Shown: piece after piece, positions 41,007 through 50,164 of the stretch
Layout of the letters: every line of letters begins with the position of its first letter
How positions within the stretch are numbered: the first letter of the stretch is position 1
Source: an uncultured delta proteobacterium
GTDB taxonomy: Bacteria > Desulfobacterota > Desulfobacteria > Desulfobacterales > B30-G6
Length of the DNA: 64,000 nucleotides
Assembly (NCBI GenBank): GCA_963823335.1
Contig: CAWGLD010000002.1
Location: 1 to 64,000, forward strand
Reading direction: 5' to 3'
Position numbers and translations under genes: made by a program
Notes under the pieces: generated by a model
The model's input: only the letters and a program-made list of their open reading frames with translations
Databases searched by the model: none
What the model was told of the DNA's origin: nothing

Positions 41007-42443
41007 ATGGAAATAAAATCTCCACAAAATGAGCTGAATAGACTTAGGCGGGCACAAAAAGCGTTTCAGGCACAAAACAGGTTGTTTGAGAACCTGATCG
41101 AGATGGTGCGCTCCTCTTCAAAACAGGAAATGCTGAAGACCACCATGCAAAAAACCCTGGACGTTGCCTGCGACCTGTCCGGAGCGGAAAAGGGCAGTCT
41201 GTTTTTGCTCAATGAAGATGGTGTCGTCACCGATAGTATCCTTACCCGTGGAGAAGTGCCTTCGGAGCAACGGTTAAGCCTGATCGGGAGTGTACTGGAT
41301 CGAGGTTTGGCCGGTTGGGTCAGAAAGCATCTCGAAATTGGACTTATCAAGAATTCAGAGACAGACGATCGATGGCTGTCTCTCCCGGATGAACCTTATC
41401 TCATTCGTTCCGCGTTAGCCGTACCGATTCTCAGGCACAAATGGCTCTTTGGTATTTTAACGCTTATGCATTCGGCGCCCGGACATTTTACCCAGGATTC
41501 CATCGATATGATGCAACTCACCGCCGATCAGATGGCCCTGGCCATTGAAAATACTCAACTGTACATGAAGCTCGACGCCTCCTATCGTTCCTTGGGCAAA
41601 GCCAAACAATCCATTGAAACGTATTCCAAGGCACTTGACCATGAGCTGGAACAAGGACGGAAAATCCAAAAGGACTTTCTCCCTCATCAGATACCTCAGG
41701 TACCCAATTGCGAAATTAGCACGTATTTTCATCCCGCGTTACAATTGTCCGGTGATTTTTATGATGTATTTATTCTTCCCGACCAGCGTCTGGGACTGGT
41801 CATTGCAGATGTCAGTGGTAAAGGTGTTGGCTCGGCATTGTTCATGGCTCTGCTCAGAAGTTTGATCAGGGTCTTTTCAGGCTACGCCCGTTTGCAGTAT
41901 TCTCTCGAAAGCCGAGACCGGGAGAACCCTGTATTGCTGAGTGGCCAGACAGACCTAACATATGCCCATGAATCAAACGCGCTGAATGCGGTATCGCTTA
42001 CCAGCGAATACATCGCTCATGAACACGGTGACGAAGGCATGTTTGCCACCTTGTTTTTCGGTATTATCAATCCTTTGACAGGATCGCTCTCCTATGTTAA
42101 CGGCGGTCATGAACCCCTGATCATACTGAGTACAGATGGGATAAAAAACAGACTGAAACCCACAGGGCCGGCGGTGGGTCTGATGCCGGGAGCACGTTAT
42201 AAAATAGAAAAGGTTCAGCTCGAATCTGGAGATATTCTGTTCGGATACACCGATGGTGTAACAGAAGCCAGATCACCACAGGATAAACTGTACACACGCA
42301 GACGTTTTGAAGAAGCAGTCGTGAGATATAGTGTTCCGACAGCCGCAGAATGTATAGAAAAAGTTACATCAAATCTTTTTGAATTTATTCAAAACGCACC
42401 CCAGGCTGATGATATTACCATGTTGGCAATCCGTTATCGGTAG
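41007..42443 (+). CDS. GAF-domain SpoIIE/PP2C (RsbU-like) phosphatase
   Basis: SGDFYD, IADVSGKG, NGGH, YTDGVTEA, DDITML. Confidence 0.93.
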   Translation: MEIKSPQNELNRLRRAQKAFQAQNRLFENLIEMVRSSSKQEMLKTTMQKTLDVACDLSGAEKGSLFLLNEDGVVTDSILTRGEVPSEQRLSLIGSVLDRGLAGWVRKHLEIGLIKNSETDDRWLSLPDEPYLIRSALAVPILRHKWLFGILTLMHSAPGHFTQDSIDMMQLTADQMALAIENTQLYMKLDASYRSLGKAKQSIETYSKALDHELEQGRKIQKDFLPHQIPQVPNCEISTYFHPALQLSGDFYDVFILPDQRLGLVIADVSGKGVGSALFMALLRSLIRVFSGYARLQYSLESRDRENPVLLSGQTDLTYAHESNALNAVSLTSEYIAHEHGDEGMFATLFFGIINPLTGSLSYVNGGHEPLIILSTDGIKNRLKPTGPAVGLMPGARYKIEKVQLESGDILFGYTDGVTEARSPQDKLYTRRRFEEAVVRYSVPTAAECIEKVTSNLFEFIQNAPQADDITMLAIRYR

Positions 42444-42456
42444 AGGAGGTTAACCC

Positions 42457-42780
42457 ATGAAACACGCACGATCAATCATTTGTTTCGCTATCCTGATTTT
42501 TGCTTTGCTTCATCCCCCAACAGTCGTGTTTGGTGATACAATTTTTATTGATTTGGATGGCACTGTCATTGATAAAGAACAGTACCAACAAAATGCTTCG
42601 GATAGAGAAAAAACGTTAAGCACAAAATTAAGAGATGGCTATAATATGGAATCCAATGTCTGGAAAGATCCTATCAAGTTAAGAAAAACAAGAATCGAAC
42701 AGTGGAGAATAATGAGAACACATTATAGCCCTGATTCGTTACCGTCAAAAATAGAGAACGCATCAGCAAGAAATAAGTAG
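42457..42780 (+). CDS. Exported hypothetical protein
   Basis: AGGAGG RBS, signal peptide. Confidence 0.65.
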   Translation: MKHARSIICFAILIFALLHPPTVVFGDTIFIDLDGTVIDKEQYQQNASDREKTLSTKLRDGYNMESNVWKDPIKLRKTRIEQWRIMRTHYSPDSLPSKIENASARNK

Positions 42781-42834
42781 CGCATTTCTGTTCAATCATT
42801 TTGCCCCTGAACGGAAAGACCTATTTATTCCGTA

Positions 42835-43038
42835 TCAGGCATAATATCCTATGAACTCACCGCATTTGTTGTTGAAATATTCCATGGCCTCATCAGCTGA
42901 ATCGAAAATCAGCCAGTCATGCCGTATTGTTTTATCGCCTTGTTTACGGGTCCGCTCAATCTCGGTGTTTCCAAAGTATTCATAGAAATCGTGATAATCT
43001 GTGTAAAGCTCATTCTTTCTCATGTTACGTTCCCCCAT
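42835..43038 (-). CDS. Small hypothetical protein
   Basis: 67-aa ORF with protein-like composition. Confidence 0.5.
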   Translation of the reverse strand: MGERNMRKNELYTDYHDFYEYFGNTEIERTRKQGDKTIRHDWLIFDSADEAMEYFNNKCGEFIGYYA

Positions 43039-43218
43039 TTAAAAAGTTGTTTCAATTTTCCAGAAGATGAGCGTAGATTATCATATGTGTTTGACAGATA
43101 CGGTCACACTGTATCATTTTATTTTAACGCAATTTAAGTTAATAAATATGGATCATCTCCAAAAGAGTTGATCTAAAAGAAGGATTCCAGGATTCCAGGA
43201 TTCCAGGATTCAAGTGAT

Positions 43219-43460
43219 ATGCTTAAAAATTATAAAGAGTTAAACGTTTGGCAGAAATCGTACGCCCTTTGTTTGCATATTTATAAAATCACGAAAGGTT
43301 TTCCAAAGGATGAAATATATGGTTTGACCTCCCAAATCAGAAGATCTGCTGTTTCCATACCATCGAATATCGCCGAGGGATACGGGAGAAAAACGACCAT
43401 AGAGATAGAATGCTGAAAGCGTTAATCAAATCCCTGGAAAACAAACACTTGGATCCTTGA
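43219..43460 (+). pseudogene. Four-helix-bundle protein with internal deletion
   Basis: YKELNVWQKS...SQIRRSAVSIPSNIAEG, then out-of-frame MLKALIKSLENKHLDP*; flanked by inverted AGGATTCC octamer arrays. Confidence 0.87.
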
Positions 43461-43533
43461 ATCCTCGACTCCTAGAACCCTTTCTCCCAACTAAATGGGA
43501 GAAGAGCCATAAATAGATTTTCGATTATGAAAA

Positions 43534-43902
43534 ATGAATAAACAGGAGTGGGTGGTATATCTGGCTCAGTGTTCTGACGGGTCTCTGTATTGTGGCACAA
43601 CAAATAACCTGAAAAACCGGCTGGCAGCGCATAATGCAGGTAGCGGTGCCAAATATACACGATCCCGAAGACCGGTTACCTTGGTTGGCGTCAGCGCCAC
43701 AATGACAAAAAGCGATGCCCTCAAACTGGAGCATCGCGTCAAGCGGGTTCCTGCCGGAAAGAAAGAAAAAGAACTGGCAAAAGGGGAGGGCGCCAAAGTT
43801 AGCAATGCGAATACAGAGCTGACGGCCATCAAGAAGGAGCTCAAAATACTTTCAAAAAAAGTTCAGAAACTGATCGATGCAATGGGAAAGCAATCTAGTT
43901 AG
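43534..43902 (+). CDS. GIY-YIG nuclease family protein
   Basis: VYLAQCSDGSLYCGTTNNLKNRLAAHN...KYTRSRRP. Confidence 0.9.
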   Translation: MNKQEWVVYLAQCSDGSLYCGTTNNLKNRLAAHNAGSGAKYTRSRRPVTLVGVSATMTKSDALKLEHRVKRVPAGKKEKELAKGEGAKVSNANTELTAIKKELKILSKKVQKLIDAMGKQSS

Positions 43903-44232
43903 CCATCATTTTCAATCTCCCAAAGTGAAATTAGACGATAGGCGGTACCTAAAAGAGTGTTCTCCAACAGTTGACTAGGTTAAGACTGCCACACTATGAT
44001 GCCTATGTTATCATCTTGACATACAATTGTCATCTCATCTATACTCCGTTAAAAAGTAATATGTTATCTATTCTATTGACTATTTTATGGTTAAGTAACT
44101 TTTCCTGGTACAAGATACGTAAGTATAAAATCAGATCATCGAACCATTACACCACATTTAAGCATAGTATTTCCGGCTAAAACAAACGTCACTTGTTGGA
44201 ACAGGTGAATCCTGTTTTTTGGTTTCGGAACA

Positions 44233-47232
44233 ATGGACAAAGAAATCACTTATAAAGATTTAGGCTGGAACTTTCATTCCTTTCTCCTGGGTGGGATGCT
44301 CAAACAGCCCTTGTCTGTCGTCCTCATTTTAATTGTTATCACAATCGCCTTTGGCTGGCGCATTCCTCGAATATCCTTTCGGACATCCGTTTATGATATG
44401 GTGGTGGACAGTTTGCCCGAGACGGTCCGTTATAATATCTTCAAGGAAGTGTTCGGTTCCGATGAGATCATTCGCGTGGTCATCAAAACGGATGGTATAT
44501 TCACGCCCCGGAACTACAGTGTTGTGGAAGAGATGTCCGGTGCTATCGAAAAAATTCCCGGCGTGAGACGGGTTATCAGCCTGCCCGTGATCAAGAAAGG
44601 GATTGAGCTGTCTGGAAAATGGGATCTGCAGAAGTTCAAGGAGGTGATTCAACCGGTTATACTGTTTAAAAAGAATCTAATCTCCGATGATCAGAAAACA
44701 ACGATACTGACTGTCGTTCTGGCACTTGATGCAGATCAGGAACGCGTCATCCATGATATTCAAGCTCTGATCACTAACACGGCGAAGCCAATTACTGCAT
44801 ACCAGATCGGTATGCCTCTCGTATCACAGGCCATGGCCCGGTTTTCAGAGGCTGATTTCAAACGGTTGCCGCCCATAACTCTTTTACTGGTTGCCGTGAT
44901 GGTATGGGGCCTTTTTCGCAATGTTTCATTCACCATCGTAGTTTTGGGAACGGTTGTGTCAGCTTCGATCTGGACTATCGGTCTGATGGGGTGGTTGCAG
45001 ATCCCCTTGTCCATGATGACCATGATCGTACCGGTATTTTTAATCGCGGTGGGGACGGCTTACTGCATACATATCATTTCGACCTATTTGGTCTGCAGTC
45101 AACACGCGAGTTCGCGACGCCATGCAGTGCTGGAGACCTACCAGAGAATTTTTCTGCCGACGATTCTAACAATCGTAACCACCGCCATCGGCCTGACATC
45201 TCTGCTCGTCAACCGCATGCTTGCCATACATGAATTTGCGCTGCTTTCTTGTTTTGGTTTGTTCAGTTTTCTGATCATCCTGCTTACGGCATTTCCGGCG
45301 GCGCTTATGCTATTGCCTAAACCAAAATTGCGGAGTACTCAGCGGACAAACACTCGTGATGGTTTTGATCAACTCCTCGATTTCATTGTACGGCTCAACT
45401 TGAAGCACCGCAAGACCATTCTGATTTCCATCGGCGTTCTGGTACTGCTGGGCATTGCCGGTATGTTTTCCATACGTGTTGAAACCAATCCCATCGGTTT
45501 TTTCAAAGCCCACACATCCATCAGCAGACACTTTCACGATATTTACCAGGACCTTTCCGGGAGTTTTCCCATCAATGTCATCATGGACGGTGGCGAGGAT
45601 GACTTTTTTCAAGACTCGAAAAACATAGCCCTTATTCAGAAGCTGCAGCACTACCTGGAAACACTCCCGGGGGTGGATAAAACCGTATCCATTGCAGATT
45701 ATATGCAGATGGTCCACTATGCCATGAATCAATACGATCCCGATTTCTACATGATTCCCGAGGAAGGCTTTGAAATTCGCATGCTGGTCAACAACTATAA
45801 AACCATGCTGGGCGACGACATGCTGAAAAGCGTTATGAACCCCACCTTTTCCAAAACCAATATACTTCTTTTAACGCACATATCCAGTTCCAGTGATTTT
45901 TTAACGATCAAAGATAAGATTCTGAACCATGTCAAAAACGAGTTCCCGGAAACGCTGGAATGGGATGTGACCGGTTTCGGAATGGTGGCGGCGGCAAGTA
46001 GTCATCTCTTGACATGGGGCCAGGCAAAGAGTTTCTCGTTGACGTTGGTTTTCATTTTTCTGATCATGCTGATACTCTTCCTTTCGACCAGGGTCGGGTT
46101 TATTGCCGTCCTGCCGAATGCATTTCCGATCATCATAACCTTCGGCATAATGGGCTGGTTCGGTATCCACCTCTCCATGGTGACAAGCCTGATCGCGAGT
46201 ATCGCAATTGGGCTGGCCGTTGACGATACCATCCACTATTTGTACCGGTATAACAGGGAATTTAAAAAAGATCTGGATAAAGATCGGTCGCTAAGAGATT
46301 CCATTCTGCATGTCGGGCGGCCGGTTCTTTTTACGACCATCATTATTGGTATAAGCTTTGCGGTTCTACTTTTTTCCAGTTTCGAGCCCACGTCGATTTT
46401 CGGGCTCTTGATGGTCATAACCATGCTGGCAGCCGTGATCGGGGATTTGCTGATTCTACCGGCCCTGATGCTCAATGTGGAACTCGTCACGGCCTGGGAC
46501 CTTCTGAAACTGATGCCAACTTTGAGCGGGATTTCAAACTCCGCCGCGCATGAACTGAACCAGCCGCTGAATGTTATCAAGATGGGCAGCGACTATTTAA
46601 AAATGATAGAGCAGAAAGGCACCCTGGTTCAATCGGAACATTTAGCCCGGGTGGTAAATGAAATTGGCACGCAGGTAGACCGGGCATCGGAGATTATTCG
46701 TCGGTTGATGACGTTCAGCCAGAAACCGGGATTTCGCAAGGAACCCACTGATGTCAACAAAGCGGTCCATGATGCACTGGTGCTTGTGGAAAATCAGTTA
46801 AAAATTGAGGATATCGATATAAATCTTGATTTGGACCATTCGTTGCCCTATATTTATGCTCATCCTGCAAAAATCAGCGAAGTTGTTTTCAATCTCCTGG
46901 TCAATGCCTGTGAGGCCATAACCGAAAATAAATCTATACAGAAAAATATTCGGAACGGCTCACGAATCACCATCCGAACATCCATGATCGGGAAACAGGT
47001 TAAAATTTGGGTGAGTGACAATGGAATTGGTATCCCCGCCCACCTGATTAACCGAATCACAGAGCCTTTCTTTACGACAAAAGCAACGGGAACAGGTAAA
47101 GGTTTGGGATTGAGTATCAGCAAAGAAATTGTCAAGAGTTATGGTGGTCGTCTCGAGGCAAAAAGTGAGCAAGGCCGACAAACTGATTTTATTGTGACGT
47201 TTCCGGTATATTTAGAGCCAGTCAACCGATGA
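44233..47232 (+). CDS. MMPL/RND-family transporter fused to C-terminal histidine kinase
   Basis: Two MMPL repeats (GLAVDDTIH), then [32 protein letters not shown]. Confidence 0.9.
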   Translation: MDKEITYKDLGWNFHSFLLGGMLKQPLSVVLILIVITIAFGWRIPRISFRTSVYDMVVDSLPETVRYNIFKEVFGSDEIIRVVIKTDGIFTPRNYSVVEEMSGAIEKIPGVRRVISLPVIKKGIELSGKWDLQKFKEVIQPVILFKKNLISDDQKTTILTVVLALDADQERVIHDIQALITNTAKPITAYQIGMPLVSQAMARFSEADFKRLPPITLLLVAVMVWGLFRNVSFTIVVLGTVVSASIWTIGLMGWLQIPLSMMTMIVPVFLIAVGTAYCIHIISTYLVCSQHASSRRHAVLETYQRIFLPTILTIVTTAIGLTSLLVNRMLAIHEFALLSCFGLFSFLIILLTAFPAALMLLPKPKLRSTQRTNTRDGFDQLLDFIVRLNLKHRKTILISIGVLVLLGIAGMFSIRVETNPIGFFKAHTSISRHFHDIYQDLSGSFPINVIMDGGEDDFFQDSKNIALIQKLQHYLETLPGVDKTVSIADYMQMVHYAMNQYDPDFYMIPEEGFEIRMLVNNYKTMLGDDMLKSVMNPTFSKTNILLLTHISSSSDFLTIKDKILNHVKNEFPETLEWDVTGFGMVAAASSHLLTWGQAKSFSLTLVFIFLIMLILFLSTRVGFIAVLPNAFPIIITFGIMGWFGIHLSMVTSLIASIAIGLAVDDTIHYLYRYNREFKKDLDKDRSLRDSILHVGRPVLFTTIIIGISFAVLLFSSFEPTSIFGLLMVITMLAAVIGDLLILPALMLNVELVTAWDLLKLMPTLSGISNSAAHELNQPLNVIKMGSDYLKMIEQKGTLVQSEHLARVVNEIGTQVDRASEIIRRLMTFSQKPGFRKEPTDVNKAVHDALVLVENQLKIEDIDINLDLDHSLPYIYAHPAKISEVVFNLLVNACEAITENKSIQKNIRNGSRITIRTSMIGKQVKIWVSDNGIGIPAHLINRITEPFFTTKATGTGKGLGLSISKEIVKSYGGRLEAKSEQGRQTDFIVTFPVYLEPVNR

Positions 47233-47268
47233 ACGGGTCAACGGGTTCAAGAAGGATGAAAACTGCAG

Positions 47269-47643
47269 ATGCTTAAAGCGCTTGTCATAGACGACGAACA
47301 ACCGACCTTATTCATGTTCAATCTTTTTCTAAATGCTTATGGTTACGAAGTGATAACCGCGGAGAATGCTGCCACCGGTATTGAACTGTTCAAAAAAGAG
47401 CGGCCATCCATCGTGTTTACAGACATTAAAATGCCGGGAATGGATGGCCTGGATGTGCTTAAAATACTCAAATCCATCGATCCCGCGGTTCATGTGATCG
47501 TTATGACCGGCCATGGGGATCAGGATTTGATGAAGCAGGCTATGGAATTAAATGCAACAGCATTCATCAACAAACCCATCGGGCGCGAAATACTGGAACA
47601 GGTGCTCAAGAAGGTGGGGGATAACCCATTTCAAAAAAAATGA
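47269..47643 (+). CDS. Single-domain response regulator
   Basis: VIDDE, TDIKMPGMDG, MTGHG, NKP. Confidence 0.92.
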   Translation: MLKALVIDDEQPTLFMFNLFLNAYGYEVITAENAATGIELFKKERPSIVFTDIKMPGMDGLDVLKILKSIDPAVHVIVMTGHGDQDLMKQAMELNATAFINKPIGREILEQVLKKVGDNPFQKK

Positions 47644-47701
47644 ACCGCATTTACACCTGGCTGAAGTTGCTGGCGAATGTGATTTGGGAAGGATATAAGA
47701 A

Positions 47702-48640
47702 ATGGAAAAGACGCTTTTCTGGTTGCAATGCGGGGGATGCGGTGGTGATACTTGGTCGATGTTCAACATCGAATCACCGAACCTCCCCGACTTGTTCAAA
47801 TCATTGAAGATAAAAATTCTGTGGCATCCCACGTTATCCGTTAAAAATGGGACCCATCAGAAACAATTGCTTGCAGACGTTCTGTCCGGTCGCCAGCAGC
47901 TCGATTTCTTATGCATCGAGGGGGCCATCATTCGTGGCCCGCGTGGTACCGGGTTGTATGATCTGGCCTATGGAAAACCCAAAAAGGATCTTGTTGCCGC
48001 GCTGGCAAGACAAGCTCAGTATGTGATTGCTGTCGGGACATGTGCCAGCTTTGGTGGATTCGGGGCCGATGGTGAAATCGAAGCGGCCGGCATGCAGTTC
48101 CTAAAGTGGGAAAAAGGTGGCTTTGTCGGCGAATCGTTTCAATCGAAAAGCGGCCTGCCCGTAATCAATCTGCCGGGCTGTCCGTGCCATTACGACATCA
48201 TCGGGGGAACCCTTTCCCTGTTGGTCTCTGAAGCACCGTTGAATCTGACAGAACACCAATCGCCCACGGAATGGTACAACATCATGGTTCATCAGGGCTG
48301 CACGCGTAACGAGTATCATGAGTATAGAGTCGAGGACAAACGATTCGGCGAGAAAGGTTGCATGTTTTTTCACCTGGGGTGTCATGGTCCTCTGGCTCAC
48401 GGTCCATGCAATAAATTGCTCTGGCACCGGCGCTCATCCAAGACACGTGTCGGTGTTCCCTGTTTTGGCTGCACCCGACCCGACTTCCCTCAGCCCTATC
48501 CATTTTTCGAAACCCGCAATATAGAAGGAATTCCGCTGGAGCTCCCTGAAGGCATTAATCGTGCACACTACATGGCGTATAAGGGAATGGCCGCAGCTGC
48601 TGCCCCCGGAAGACTGACCACAAGAAAAACAGGCATATAG
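47702..48640 (+). CDS. [NiFe]-hydrogenase small subunit, HupU/HoxB-like (no Tat signal)
   Basis: WLQCGGCGGD, VGTCASFGG, NLPGCP, HQGCTRNEY, PCFGC. Confidence 0.9.
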   Translation: MEKTLFWLQCGGCGGDTWSMFNIESPNLPDLFKSLKIKILWHPTLSVKNGTHQKQLLADVLSGRQQLDFLCIEGAIIRGPRGTGLYDLAYGKPKKDLVAALARQAQYVIAVGTCASFGGFGADGEIEAAGMQFLKWEKGGFVGESFQSKSGLPVINLPGCPCHYDIIGGTLSLLVSEAPLNLTEHQSPTEWYNIMVHQGCTRNEYHEYRVEDKRFGEKGCMFFHLGCHGPLAHGPCNKLLWHRRSSKTRVGVPCFGCTRPDFPQPYPFFETRNIEGIPLELPEGINRAHYMAYKGMAAAAAPGRLTTRKTGI

Positions 48641-48651
48641 GGTGATGCAGA

Positions 48652-50160
48652 ATGACGCGTAAAATTGAAGTATTTCCGCTGAACCGTGTTGAGGGCGATC
48701 TGGAAATCTCGATTGAACTGGAAGACGATGTCGTGATCGATGCACGTAGTGCCGGAACCATGTACCGTGGATTCGAGAATTTCATGGTGGGTCGCTCACT
48801 TCTGGATGGATTGGTTATAACACCCCGAATCTGCGGGATTTGCAGCACGTCCCACTTATATGCCGCAGCCAGCGCCCTGGATATGATTTATCATGTAGAT
48901 GTACCTCGTCATGCCTCCTGGGTTAGAGGCATTACCGCGATGACGGAAAAGCTTCAGAACGACATCCGACATGCCTTCTTGTTGTTCATGCCCGATTTCA
49001 CCGACGCTACGTACCAGAAAGAGCCACGGTATGCCGACATGGTAAAACGATATGCGCCACTCGAAGGATCTTCTGTGCGCCAGGCCATTGACGAAACTCG
49101 CAAGATATTGGAAATCATCGCTATCCTTGGTGGACAATGGCCACACTCCTCTTTTATGGTACCGGGGGGTGTCGTGTCCATGCCCAGCAACACTGAATTG
49201 AATCGTTGTGCCTATTTGCTGAATAATTTCAAACAATGGTACGAACGCCAGGTGCTGGGATGCAGTCTTGAAAGATGGCATGCCATTCAGACAAGAGCCG
49301 ATTTGATTTCCTGGCTCAAGGAAAGTAAAACACACCTTGAGAGCGACCTCGGGTATTACATCCGCTTTGCAACCAGGACAGGACTGCATCGAATCGGTAA
49401 AGGACACGGCAACTTCATCAGCTTCGGTATGCCGTGCCCAATACCGGCGTCTGAAGGACAGATGGAGGGCGGGTCAAATCCCTTAGCAGCCGGGGGGTTT
49501 TATACTGACAATCGTCTGTTCCCTCTGGATCAGGAAAATATTACCGAGGATGTTTCGCATAGTTGGTTTGCCGGCGGCGGCACAGGTCAACACCCCTATC
49601 ACGGGCAGAGTTCACCTTATGCCACGGGCAGTGAGGATCTGAGATATTCCTGGGCCAAGGCCCCGCGGTACAAAGGACTGCCGGCTGAAACCGGACCATT
49701 GGCTGAAATGGTCATTTCTTCAAACGCCCTGTTTGAAGACTTTATAAGACTCGATGGCCCGAGCGCATTTCTCAGAGAACTGGCAAGACTGGTCCGGGCG
49801 GCAACCATAATTCCGGCTGTTGAACGTTGTATTGAAGACGCCATGTCGACACCAGGCCAATTCTACAGGGAGCACGGGGATATAATAAATCAGCAGGGTC
49901 ACGGCTTGATTGAGGCGCCCCGGGGAGCCCTGGGTCACTGGGTCAAAATCAAAGAAAATAAAATCTCATCCTACCAGATTATTACCCCTACTGCCTGGAA
50001 CGCCTCACCCCGTGACGCAGATAACGTCCGAGGACCCTGTGAAGAGGCGCTAATCGGGACCAGGGTGAAGAACCATGAAAACCCGATGGAGATTCATCAC
50101 ATTATCCGGTCGTTTGATCCATGTCTGGTGTGTACCGTGCATGCGATTGACTTGAGGTGA
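48652..50160 (+). CDS. [NiFe]-hydrogenase large subunit, HupV/HoxC-like (group 2 sensory type)
   Basis: NRVEGDL, L1 RICGIC, L2 DPCLVCTVH with only 5 residues after it. Confidence 0.92.
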   Translation: MTRKIEVFPLNRVEGDLEISIELEDDVVIDARSAGTMYRGFENFMVGRSLLDGLVITPRICGICSTSHLYAAASALDMIYHVDVPRHASWVRGITAMTEKLQNDIRHAFLLFMPDFTDATYQKEPRYADMVKRYAPLEGSSVRQAIDETRKILEIIAILGGQWPHSSFMVPGGVVSMPSNTELNRCAYLLNNFKQWYERQVLGCSLERWHAIQTRADLISWLKESKTHLESDLGYYIRFATRTGLHRIGKGHGNFISFGMPCPIPASEGQMEGGSNPLAAGGFYTDNRLFPLDQENITEDVSHSWFAGGGTGQHPYHGQSSPYATGSEDLRYSWAKAPRYKGLPAETGPLAEMVISSNALFEDFIRLDGPSAFLRELARLVRAATIIPAVERCIEDAMSTPGQFYREHGDIINQQGHGLIEAPRGALGHWVKIKENKISSYQIITPTAWNASPRDADNVRGPCEEALIGTRVKNHENPMEIHHIIRSFDPCLVCTVHAIDLR

Positions 50161-50164
50161 CCCT

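Noticed and set aside
43534-43902. GIY-YIG protein as the mobiliser of nearby repeats
   Set aside because: Looks like the common stand-alone small GIY-YIG family; adjacency alone is insufficient.
50119-50160. [NiFeSe]-hydrogenase or readthrough at the terminal TGA
   Set aside because: L2 motif is all-Cys (CLVC); the TGA follows the motif and the next gene starts 4 bp later.
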